Positions 49,130-58,108 of a stretch of DNA of 64,000 nucleotides are shown here, piece after piece. Under the pieces are notes generated by a model that did no database searches, was not told the DNA's origin, and worked only from the letters and a program-made list of their open reading frames with translations. Each line of letters opens with the position of its first letter. The stretch's first letter is position 1. A program made the position numbers and the translations under genes. Source of the stretch: Candidatus Helarchaeota archaeon (GTDB taxonomy: Archaea > Asgardarchaeota > Lokiarchaeia > Helarchaeales > RDOG01); NCBI GenBank assembly GCA_019058315.1, contig JAHPZH010000004.1, positions 416,001 to 480,000 of the forward strand, read 5' to 3'.

Positions 49130-50644
49130 TTATTCGTTAAACATATCTCTAAATCGCTCAATTTCATCTTTAGTAAAATGTTGTGGAACTCCTGACAAAA
49201 TACCTGTGATATTTCTAAATGGTTTTCCTATATGCATCCCTTGATTATCAATAGTGAACTCTCGAATTTGTTTATCGTGTATAGATCCTCTCATTTTAAG
49301 TACTGTTATACCTCGCCGCATTTCTCCAAACATTTCTACATATCGAAGTAATATAATAGAATCTGTAATAGTTGATATGTGAGTCTCCGTTATAGAAGTG
49401 CCACCCATTAATGAAGGAGTAGTAGATGTAAAAAGACCTGCAATTTCTTGATGTTTTATAAACGATGTTATACCAATTACAAACTCACGAAATCCCTTGG
49501 GTATCGAAACTCGTTCGAGGGCAGAAAGACTATCCACTGCTATACGATTTGGTTTAAACTCTTGGATGATTTTCCTTATTTTAATAAGATGGTCTTCGAG
49601 ACCAGCAGTTTCAGGATATTCACAAACAACCTTAATTTTACCAAGTTTCTCCATTTCCTCAAAATTAATTCCCCAACCAATTGCATTTCTAAAAAGTTGT
49701 TCTCTACTTTCCTCAAAGGCAAATAATAGACATTTTTCACCATTTTTCGCACCACCAGCAATAAATTCGGTTACCATAAGTGTTTTACCAGTTCCTGTAG
49801 CACCTGATACTAGGATAATAGAATCTCGAAAGATTCCGCCACCACACATCCCATCTAAAGTGATATTGCCAGATGAAATGCGTACCTCAGAAGATTTTTG
49901 TTTTAATTCAATTGCAGAAAGTGGTATCACTATAATCCCTTGATTCGGAATAATTGTAAAGGGATATTCTCCTTTATTATGAGTTGCACCCCTGAACTTA
50001 AGTATCTCCATCGTTCTACGACGTTTTTCTCCTTCTAGAACATTTCTTAGAATTACCACGTTATCTGAAACAAATTCTTCTACACCATAACGAGCAATTT
50101 CACCATATTCTTGAATCCTTTCCGCTGTTAAAATAACCGTTACTCTCAATTTCTTAAAAGCTGAAGCAATACGGAAAAGTTCTTTACGAATATTTGTAGT
50201 ATCAGTGAATTGGGTAAAAATTGCGCTAATTGAATCCATAGCAACTCGTTTTGCTCCAACTTTATTAATGGCATGTTCAATACGAACTAAAAGAGCCCCT
50301 AAATTAAATTCTCCGGCTTCAATATTCTCAATTTCTGGAACTGGTGATGCATCTACAAAAACCCATTTTCCATCTTTTTCCCATCTAACTATATCAAAAC
50401 CTAGACTAATCATATTTCTTCTTATATCATTAGGGGATTCTTCAAAAGTAATAAAAACGCAATTAGCATTAAATTTTTCAATGCCTTTAGCAAGAAATTG
50501 TACAGCAAAGACTGTTTTAGCGCTACCTGAAGATCCCGTAACCAATGTTGTACGTTCTTTGGGAAGACCTCCATCGGAAATAATGTCAAACCCTGTTATT
50601 CCAGTTTTAATTTTTTCGACTGGTAATAGTTGTTCTATTATCAT
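49130..50644 (-). CDS. kaiC: Circadian clock ATPase/kinase KaiC (copy 1)
   Basis: GSSGSAKT, GATGTGKT, FEES twice, HISTITD, ILSGVP A-loop plus tail; ATG 5 nt after GAGGTGA. Confidence 0.95.
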   Translation of the reverse strand: MIIEQLLPVEKIKTGITGFDIISDGGLPKERTTLVTGSSGSAKTVFAVQFLAKGIEKFNANCVFITFEESPNDIRRNMISLGFDIVRWEKDGKWVFVDASPVPEIENIEAGEFNLGALLVRIEHAINKVGAKRVAMDSISAIFTQFTDTTNIRKELFRIASAFKKLRVTVILTAERIQEYGEIARYGVEEFVSDNVVILRNVLEGEKRRRTMEILKFRGATHNKGEYPFTIIPNQGIIVIPLSAIELKQKSSEVRISSGNITLDGMCGGGIFRDSIILVSGATGTGKTLMVTEFIAGGAKNGEKCLLFAFEESREQLFRNAIGWGINFEEMEKLGKIKVVCEYPETAGLEDHLIKIRKIIQEFKPNRIAVDSLSALERVSIPKGFREFVIGITSFIKHQEIAGLFTSTTPSLMGGTSITETHISTITDSIILLRYVEMFGEMRRGITVLKMRGSIHDKQIREFTIDNQGMHIGKPFRNITGILSGVPQHFTKDEIERFRDMFNE

Positions 50645-50663
50645 TTTTTTCACCTCTTTTTTT

Positions 50664-50945
50664 TTAATCTGTAAAAGTCTCTAAATCAAGTCCTAACAAA
50701 ACCTTGTCTTTATTAGAGAGATCACCTATGATTCTTCGTATTGGTGGAGGTAGTTCTTTAATTAATGCAGGTGTGGCGATGATTTTCTCATCCTCAGCTA
50801 ATTGTGGTCTTTCGAGAACATCAATTATCTCGATTTCATATTTATCCTTTAAATTTTCCTCACACATACGACGTAAGTTAATAATTGCTCTCTCAGATTG
50901 TGGCGTATGGCCTGTAATGTATAACCTCAACAAAGATTTATTCAT
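50664..50945 (-). CDS. kaiB: Circadian clock protein KaiB (copy 1)
   Basis: LRLYITG..PQLAEDEKIIATP..PPPIRRIIGDLS..VLLGLDL. Confidence 0.95.
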   Translation of the reverse strand: MNKSLLRLYITGHTPQSERAIINLRRMCEENLKDKYEIEIIDVLERPQLAEDEKIIATPALIKELPPPIRRIIGDLSNKDKVLLGLDLETFTD

Positions 50946-51105
50946 AAAATACCTCCATTTAAAGAAATTTTTTTATTTTTTGAAAAGTAATTTTTTAAAT
51001 TTAATTTAAACGCTAATTTTACCATTTTAATCCTCCATTTGTATTTTAATTCTATTTTCATGTTCTGTCTCAATTTTTTTTGAATGATTTGATTTTCTAA
51101 ATATA

Positions 51106-52011
51106 TTATTCATAGATTTTTTCCTCGATAATTCTTTTATCCTCTTTTCTTCTGTCGGATTCGCTCCATAGAGATTGTTTTGCAATCATTGAGTATTTAC
51201 GATAATAAGATACTAAGTATCCCATAAGTTTGAGTGCTAAAAAATGCCCTTCCTCGGTATATACCACCGATTTCTGATAAGGGCTAGAATTAATCTTCTT
51301 TTTTAAAGCATGACTATGAATTTCTACGACATCTCTTGGTCCTGCATTTAAAAATCCCATTTCCTCAGCTATAGCTCTGAGTTGTTCGTTTGTATTATGT
51401 TTTACCTTATAGATCCGTTGCTCAATCGCCAATTCTATTAAATTTTCATATTTTTTAACTAATTTATAAAAATTATCTGGCAGGGATTCACGTAAAGGTG
51501 CTAAACCATAAAGACGAGCTGTGACAACAGTTTTAGGAAAATCTGACAAGCGTTCGAGTAATTCCAACTCATTCTGCTCTAACTTGCGTAATTCTATAGA
51601 CTCTAGTTTAACTAACAAGTGTTTTCTTTCAATGGAATGTCGTAATGCGCTCTTTAAAATTGAAGTATCTACCAATCCCTTTATTAAATAATCTTGCGCT
51701 CCCTCTCTTATTGCCTGGATCGATAGATCGTCATCATTTGTTCCAGTCAATATTATAATTGGCACTTTTGGAACGATAGAATTTATTCTAGAAAATGTTT
51801 TAATCCCCTGACTATCTGGTAGTCCAAGATCAAGCAAAATTATATCAAAAGTTTCCTCTTCAAGATATTTTATAGCTTTTGATAGAGAATTTGCGCACTT
51901 TAAATTTGCGTCTAGCTTTGTATCGGATAATAATTCCTTTATAAGTCGTATATCTGCTAAGTTATCTTCAATTAATAAAATTTTATGCTCTATATTATCC
52001 ATAAACTTCAC
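51106..52011 (-). CDS. Receiver domain + KaiA-C-terminal-like (RsbU-N fold) protein, KaiA3-type
   Basis: Intact REC ([16 protein letters not shown]); C-terminal [30 protein letters not shown] resembles KaiA (..IIEIH..LCEMYR); directly upstream of kaiB. Confidence 0.72.
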   Translation of the reverse strand: MKFMDNIEHKILLIEDNLADIRLIKELLSDTKLDANLKCANSLSKAIKYLEEETFDIILLDLGLPDSQGIKTFSRINSIVPKVPIIILTGTNDDDLSIQAIREGAQDYLIKGLVDTSILKSALRHSIERKHLLVKLESIELRKLEQNELELLERLSDFPKTVVTARLYGLAPLRESLPDNFYKLVKKYENLIELAIEQRIYKVKHNTNEQLRAIAEEMGFLNAGPRDVVEIHSHALKKKINSSPYQKSVVYTEEGHFLALKLMGYLVSYYRKYSMIAKQSLWSESDRRKEDKRIIEEKIYE

Positions 52012-52454
52012 TCCAATGGTAATTTAACAATTGTAAACCAAAAATCTTCAATTGATTTTATTACTCTAATGAACTTTTCAAGTTCAACCGGTTTTGTCAC
52101 ATAGGCGTTAGCATGTAAATTATAACTTTTAAATACATCTTCTTCGGCTCTAGATGTCGTTAAAACAACTATAGGAATTCTCTTAAGGTTATCGTTACTT
52201 TTTATTTCTGCTAAAACCTCACGTCCATCCTTTTTAGGTAGGTTAAGATCAAGGAGAATCAAGTCTGGCCGAGGTGCATATAAATATTTACCTTTTTTGA
52301 GTAGAAAATCTAAGGCTTCAACACCATTATAGGCAACATGTAAATTATTAATCACTTTACCCTCTTTTAAGGCCTCTTGTGTTAATCTTACATCTCCTTG
52401 GTTATCTTCTACCAATAATATCTCAATATTTCTAACTGTATTTTTATCATTCAT
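52008..52454 (-). CDS. Rcp1-type single-domain response regulator
   Basis: [42 protein letters not shown]. Confidence 0.92.
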   Translation of the reverse strand: MNDKNTVRNIEILLVEDNQGDVRLTQEALKEGKVINNLHVAYNGVEALDFLLKKGKYLYAPRPDLILLDLNLPKKDGREVLAEIKSNDNLKRIPIVVLTTSRAEEDVFKSYNLHANAYVTKPVELEKFIRVIKSIEDFWFTIVKLPLE

Positions 52455-53905
52455 AATTTTTCATCCTTCAATAAAATTTCATTTTTAATTTCAATTCTTT
52501 CTGGAATTGTGAAATAAAACGTTGCTCCCTCCCCAAGTTGCGAATCCACCCAAATTTTCCCCTTATGACGTTCAACAATTTTCTTACATAGAGCTAGACC
52601 TATCCCAGTCCCTGGATATTCTTCTCTAGTGTGTAATCTCTGGAATATAACAAAAATACGTTCAAAATATTCTGGATCTATACCAATACCATTATCTTGA
52701 ACTGAAAAAATCCAATTCTCATTTTTATTCTCAGCTGAGATGAGAATTCGTGGAGGTGCTTTATTACGGAACTTAATAGCATTGCTAATAAGATTTTGAA
52801 ATAGTTGTTCCATCTGTGATCCATCAGCCATAACTTCAGGTAAAGAATTTCGGATAATTATGGCTGAATTCTCTTCGATTAATTTTGTCAAATTATTAAG
52901 TGCTCTATCCAAAATTTTATCGCAATCAACTCGATCAAAAGGTTTACCTCTTGTTCCCACTCTTGAGTAAGTTAATAAATCATTAATAAGTTGTTTCATT
53001 CTGTTTGTCCCATCAACAGCATAATAAATGAAATCATCTGCTTCGTCATCAAGTTTACCTTTATAACGCTTTGCTAGAAGCTGAACATAACTTGAAATCA
53101 TTCGTAAGGGTTCTTGTAAGTCGTGAGAAGCTATATATGCGAATTGTTCTAACTCTTTATTTGAAATTTCTAACCTATTTAAAATGATTTTTAATTTTTC
53201 CTCTGCTCTCTTACGATCGGATATATCTATTCCTACTCCTATCAGAAATATATCTTTATGTATTTCCTTATATTTTCCCATAAAGTAAAAAGGAGTTGAA
53301 ATACCGTTTTTTGATATAAAATTTATTTCAAAATTTAATCTCCCTTTATCAAAAACTTCTTTTAATTTATCATTTAGTATATTTTTCTCTAAAAAAAAAT
53401 CAAGGATGTTCATATTTGAAATTTCTTTTAAAGAATACCCAGAAATTTTTTCTAAGTTTTTATTCCACCTTATAAGTCTTCTATTTTTATCAATTATAAA
53501 AAAAATACCTGGTAAACTATTTATTATAAACTTAGATAGATTTTTTTCTCTTTGTAAATCTTTTTTCATATGGTTACGAATTCTTTCTTTAGAGTGTTCC
53601 AGTTCCAATGTTAGGGATAACATTCCTTTATTTGTTTCTGTCAGTTCCGTTTGTAAAGTCTGTATGGTATTTTCTGCTTCCTTAAGTTTTCTTTTTAATT
53701 CTTTGACGCTCATAGTTAATACTTCTTGAATGTTTCGAAGTTCCAGGGTACGTTGCTCGACTTGCTGTTCTAATTTCTCATTAGCTTTTTCCAATTCCAA
53801 TGTCAAAACCATAATTCCCTTATTAGTTTCCTCCAATTCTATTTGTAAGGAGCGAACTATATTTCTCTCTTCTTGCAATTGTTTTTGTAATTTATTATTG
53901 CTCAT
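52451..53905 (-). CDS. PAS histidine kinase (Cph1-type HK core) with two N-terminal ELxETNxG coiled-coil units
   Basis: [37 protein letters not shown]. Confidence 0.92.
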   Translation of the reverse strand: MSNNKLQKQLQEERNIVRSLQIELEETNKGIMVLTLELEKANEKLEQQVEQRTLELRNIQEVLTMSVKELKRKLKEAENTIQTLQTELTETNKGMLSLTLELEHSKERIRNHMKKDLQREKNLSKFIINSLPGIFFIIDKNRRLIRWNKNLEKISGYSLKEISNMNILDFFLEKNILNDKLKEVFDKGRLNFEINFISKNGISTPFYFMGKYKEIHKDIFLIGVGIDISDRKRAEEKLKIILNRLEISNKELEQFAYIASHDLQEPLRMISSYVQLLAKRYKGKLDDEADDFIYYAVDGTNRMKQLINDLLTYSRVGTRGKPFDRVDCDKILDRALNNLTKLIEENSAIIIRNSLPEVMADGSQMEQLFQNLISNAIKFRNKAPPRILISAENKNENWIFSVQDNGIGIDPEYFERIFVIFQRLHTREEYPGTGIGLALCKKIVERHKGKIWVDSQLGEGATFYFTIPERIEIKNEILLKDEKL

Positions 53906-54039
53906 AGAACACCCCGCATCACAATTTCTCCAGTTCTATCACCGATTGAGGCGAGATTTGACTCATTAAGCTCAGTCAGTAAAAAAAATATGGTATTTTT
54001 TTGTCCTTTAAGTCGATTTTTTAATTTTTTAATGTTCAT
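53902..54039 (-). CDS. 45-aa ORF carrying a degenerate ELxETN coiled-coil unit (possibly frameshifted)
   Basis: MNIKKLKNRLKGQKNTIFFLLTELNESN..; AGGGA SD; ATGA overlap with the next gene; VIELEKL continues in another frame. Confidence 0.45.
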   Translation of the reverse strand: MNIKKLKNRLKGQKNTIFFLLTELNESNLASIGDRTGEIVMRGVL

Positions 54040-54141
54040 TAAAATCCCTAACATATTAAAAAGAATTTTCTATCTTTATATAAATCTAATAATATTTTTT
54101 GTAAAATTGAATAAGTAGAACTATATTTTTTCGAAATCAAT

Positions 54142-54963
54142 TTAATTTTCTCCATTCTTAATCTGTTCTTCATTAATAGGAAGTTTAATTGTGAAAATAG
54201 AACCCCTATTAAATCTACTTTTAACTTGTATTGTTCCATTATGTTGCTCAATAATATATTTCGCTATTGGCAGCCCCAACCCCATACCTTTAACTTTAGT
54301 GCTGAAAAGCGGCTCAAATATTCTTTTCAAATTCTCCTTTGGTATGCCCGCACCCGTATCTTTAATTTTTATTTCAATTATATTATTTTTAATAAGAGTC
54401 TTTATCTCTAAAACTCCTTCTTCTTGCATTGCTTGAATGGCATTAATAATGATATTTTGAAAAGCTTGTTGAATTTTTAAAGGATCTAAACTAATTAATG
54501 GTAAATTTTCACCAAGATTTAACAATACTTCAATATTACCATTTATGAGAGTATTGGCTATTGAATTTTTAATTAATAAGTTTATATTACCCTTTTCTAT
54601 ATTAGGTTCCTTTACTATTGCAAAAAAAAGTAGATCGGTGATTATTCTATTTGCCCGAATCACTTCTTTTTGAATAATATTAAGGTGTTTAATTATTTTC
54701 TGATCCACATCTTTAAGTCTCATATTTAAGTAATAAACTGAATTACTAATAACTCCAAGGGGATTCCGTAGCTCATGTCCAACACTTCCTGCAAGCTTTC
54801 CGATCACTGCTAATTTTTCCTTTGAAAACAATTCGTCCTTAGTGCGATCCAACTCCAATGTTAAAGCAACTATTCCACGGTTAGTCTCATCAAGTTCTTT
54901 CTGTAAATAATGAATATTTTCATTTGCCATTCTAAGCTTTTCCATTAATTCGCTATTGTTCAT
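54142..54963 (-). CDS. Histidine kinase with N-terminal ELDETNRG coiled-coil unit and no sensor domain
   Basis: GHELRNPL, NAIQAM, DTGAG, GMGLGL. Confidence 0.9.
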   Translation of the reverse strand: MNNSELMEKLRMANENIHYLQKELDETNRGIVALTLELDRTKDELFSKEKLAVIGKLAGSVGHELRNPLGVISNSVYYLNMRLKDVDQKIIKHLNIIQKEVIRANRIITDLLFFAIVKEPNIEKGNINLLIKNSIANTLINGNIEVLLNLGENLPLISLDPLKIQQAFQNIIINAIQAMQEEGVLEIKTLIKNNIIEIKIKDTGAGIPKENLKRIFEPLFSTKVKGMGLGLPIAKYIIEQHNGTIQVKSRFNRGSIFTIKLPINEEQIKNGEN

Positions 54964-55964
54964 ATTTTTCCCCTCACAACGACCACTGTTGCATCATCAT
55001 CATCTTTTGCTAAAGAACGTAATAAAACTTGAGCAATTTTCGTAGCTGATTCATTTTGAAGATAATAAAAATTATCCCAATTCCAATGTGATATTATACC
55101 ATCTGAATGAAGAATCATGATATAACTAGGATCCCAATGTTTCTCATTGATTACTGGATTTGGGCTTTTAATCCCAAGTATTCCACGTCTTATAATAAAG
55201 TCTATTTTTTCTGAAGAACCAATAACCCTCACTGTAATGTTTCCAATGCTAGCAAGAGTGATTTTTTGCTTTGTCCAATCAAAACGTGCTAGAGCCATTA
55301 CAACGCCACGTGTAGCACTACATGTACGTCCAGTGCCACGAAAAATTTGGTCTAATGGCTGGTCATAATGTTTCATTATATAATTCCATGCAGTTTTAGC
55401 AGCGCGATGTGCAAATTGTCCATGTCCTAGACCATCAATTACTCCTACTAATGCGCTGTGATTCCATCGTTTAATTATAAATGAGTCTCCATTAAGACTC
55501 ATCCCTAATCTTGGACGTGATGCACCATCTATTAAAAAAGGACAGGAACCCGATATTCGCTTATTTTTTATATAATATTTACAAATAATATGCGTATATC
55601 CCGGCTTTGAACTAATTTCAAGTTCGTCCATTATTCTATTAACAATTCCTAAACCATAACCCAAGCTTTTCTTTGTTGAATACCCATTAGTAATTGATTT
55701 TTCAATATTATTAAATCCTGGTCCACTATCCACGGATTCAATTTGAACACCTTGCTTTTTACCATTATTAAGGGAGCTAATTATCAATTCTCCTTTATTA
55801 GCATGTTTTATCAAATTAGTAGCAAGTTCATTAATAACTAGTTCAATATTTTCAGATGTTAATGTATCAAATCCTATAGCAACGCCTAATTGTTTTACTA
55901 TTTGGCGTGCGAGTAAAATATCGCTTCGATTTTTTATTATTATAATTTCTTTGATTTTTTTCAC
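54960..55964 (-). CDS. rsbX: RsbT-like ATPase domain fused to RsbX-type PP2C (SpoIIE) phosphatase
   Basis: ELATNLIKHA, DSGPG, GYGLG; then NGD, IDGLGHG, SDG, DDATV. Confidence 0.88.
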   Translation of the reverse strand: MKKIKEIIIIKNRSDILLARQIVKQLGVAIGFDTLTSENIELVINELATNLIKHANKGELIISSLNNGKKQGVQIESVDSGPGFNNIEKSITNGYSTKKSLGYGLGIVNRIMDELEISSKPGYTHIICKYYIKNKRISGSCPFLIDGASRPRLGMSLNGDSFIIKRWNHSALVGVIDGLGHGQFAHRAAKTAWNYIMKHYDQPLDQIFRGTGRTCSATRGVVMALARFDWTKQKITLASIGNITVRVIGSSEKIDFIIRRGILGIKSPNPVINEKHWDPSYIMILHSDGIISHWNWDNFYYLQNESATKIAQVLLRSLAKDDDDATVVVVRGKI

Positions 55965-55971
55965 GCTACTT

Positions 55972-56379
55972 TTATTTAAGCCATTTAATAATAATCACTT
56001 GTGTTCCTTTACCTACCTTGGAATCAATCTCCATTTCATCCATGAGTCGTTTAGATCCAGGTAATCCCATTCCTAGTCCATTACCAGTACTATAACCTTC
56101 TTGCATTGCTAATTCAATATCTTGGATGCCCGGACCATTATCCTTAAAAATTAACTTGAGCCCAACCTTATTTTCAGAATTAACTTTCATCCATATCATT
56201 TTTCCCGAACCAGCAAATTTATAAATGTTCCTAGCTAGCTCAGAAACTGCTGTAATTATTCTAGTAACGTCTGTCATACCAAATCCCATCGCATTAGCCG
56301 CATTACGTGCCATTCTCCTTGCATTTATTATATCCGTTTCAGAACTAATAGTAACTATATTTTGAGTTGTTAGGGTCAT
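55972..56379 (-). CDS. rsbT: Stressosome switch kinase RsbT
   Basis: TAVSELARNI, DNGPGI, GYSTGNGLGMGLPGSKRLMDE. Confidence 0.95.
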   Translation of the reverse strand: MTLTTQNIVTISSETDIINARRMARNAANAMGFGMTDVTRIITAVSELARNIYKFAGSGKMIWMKVNSENKVGLKLIFKDNGPGIQDIELAMQEGYSTGNGLGMGLPGSKRLMDEMEIDSKVGKGTQVIIIKWLK

Positions 56380-56753
56380 AATTGATGATCACTGCCTATT
56401 AAGTCAATAGCACTATCAACATCAAGCGATGTGATTGCATTACCTAATGTTAGTCCCAATTGTGTTGTTGTAATGGCAACACTAGGACGCATTCCTGCTA
56501 TAACTGTCACACCGCCCATCAAGGCTACCATTTGAGCTGTTTCCGCTATTGTACGGGCAAAAAATGAATCTACTGTCTCAACCATTGAAATATCCATGAC
56601 TAATCCCTTCACCGTATATTTCTCCATCGCATCCAACACTTTCTCCTGTAATTCAGAAACGGAACTATCATCCGGATCGGAGGGCACCGTAACTATCAAT
56701 ATTTCACGAATCTTATTTACTGAAATGCTCTCAAACTTCATTCTATACATCAC
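56376..56753 (-). CDS. rsbS: Stressosome antagonist RsbS (STAS)
   Basis: DISMVETVDSF (phospho-Ser motif), GMRPSVAIT. Confidence 0.93.
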   Translation of the reverse strand: MMYRMKFESISVNKIREILIVTVPSDPDDSSVSELQEKVLDAMEKYTVKGLVMDISMVETVDSFFARTIAETAQMVALMGGVTVIAGMRPSVAITTTQLGLTLGNAITSLDVDSAIDLIGSDHQL

Positions 56754-56770
56754 CCACTAACTTAAACATT

Positions 56771-58042
56771 TCATTTTTTACTATTTTTGTTAATTATTTT
56801 CAATTCCAGTACTTCTAAAGCAAGTTCTAATCCTTCAGCTAAAGATTTACATGTACGGACACCCGAGAGATCAATACCAAGATGAATTAATGTTTGCGCA
56901 ATAGCAGGATTTATTCCAGTTAAAACTACTTTTGAGCCTAGTAAACGAACTGCATTTATTGTATCAACGAGATGTTGGGCAATTCCAGTATCAATAGCTG
57001 GGACACCCGTAATATCTAATAAAGCGACTTTAGAGTGTGTATCTACGATTCTTTGTAGTAAATGTTCCATAATTTGCTGTGTGCGTTCGCTATCTAACAT
57101 GCCTATTATTGGAGTAATTACAACGCCTTCCCAGATTTGTATGACTGGAGTAGAAGATTCAAGTATATCTTCAGCTCTCTTCTCTAATGATTTTCGAAGG
57201 GTGATATCTGAAGCCACTGACGCAAGTGCGGTGATATTTGCGCCCCCAGTAGTAGATGTTGACATGGAGAAATATCTTTTTTGTCCATCTTCCCCAATAA
57301 ATTCAACTTCATAGCCAAGTTCGGGGGTTTTTGTTTTAAAAACTTTTTTGAATATCTCTAATAGTCGATTAGACTCATTAGGAGATACTAAATCAATTAA
57401 TGATGTCTCGACAACATCTTGATATTTGAAACCTAATCGATCGCTTAATGCTTTGTTACTATAAAGAATTTGGCCATTTGTATTGTGTAATATTAAAGCA
57501 TCTTGTGTGTTTTTTACTAAAGTTTGATATTTTTCCACATTTAACATTAGCGTTGAAATATCAATAAAATGTCCAACAGTCTGACCCAGAGATTCTAAAT
57601 TTTTAACATCCTCATTGGTATATCCACCTGCTTTATTAGCAACAGATATCGTGCCAATAGGATTTCCATGATGTCGTAAAGGAATACCTAAAAAAGAATT
57701 GATAGGTGGATGCCCTTCTGGAATACCTCCACTTTCTGGATCTGTAGATGGGGAATTAGAGATGTAACTCTTATTAGTTCTTATAGGAACCAACCAAAGA
57801 TGTTTGCCAACTAGAGCTGATGGTGGGAATACAACTTCTTTTATTGGCATTTTACATGCTTCCCAACCCATCCCATTTATCCCAAGGGTATGATAAGAAC
57901 CTTCCGACATAATGCCAGTTTGACCATACTCACTTTTTGTTAGTTCTACCGCATAATCTATAAGGATTTGTCCTTGTTCATAAATATCTTTTTTACTTCT
58001 CATTTTTGCTATTAAAATATCATTTTTTTCATTATTACTCAT
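56771..58042 (-). CDS. rsbR: RsbR-type stressosome sensor: GAF-PAS-STAS
   Basis: GIPEGHPPINSFLGIPL GAF; PAS; STPVIQIWEG..LDSERT..DITGVPAIDT STAS. Confidence 0.9.
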   Translation of the reverse strand: MSNNEKNDILIAKMRSKKDIYEQGQILIDYAVELTKSEYGQTGIMSEGSYHTLGINGMGWEACKMPIKEVVFPPSALVGKHLWLVPIRTNKSYISNSPSTDPESGGIPEGHPPINSFLGIPLRHHGNPIGTISVANKAGGYTNEDVKNLESLGQTVGHFIDISTLMLNVEKYQTLVKNTQDALILHNTNGQILYSNKALSDRLGFKYQDVVETSLIDLVSPNESNRLLEIFKKVFKTKTPELGYEVEFIGEDGQKRYFSMSTSTTGGANITALASVASDITLRKSLEKRAEDILESSTPVIQIWEGVVITPIIGMLDSERTQQIMEHLLQRIVDTHSKVALLDITGVPAIDTGIAQHLVDTINAVRLLGSKVVLTGINPAIAQTLIHLGIDLSGVRTCKSLAEGLELALEVLELKIINKNSKK

Positions 58043-58108
58043 TCATGTTTCCTCCATTTTTTAAATTTGTTTCATAAAATTAATTTCGTTTCTTATTATC
58101 CCCTCTTT

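Noticed and set aside
52008-53905. Phytochrome (light) input suggested by the Cph1/Rcp1-type HK-RR pair
   Set aside because: The kinase lacks the PAS-GAF-PHY bilin-binding module, and no LOV (NCRFLQ) motif was seen in any PAS domain.
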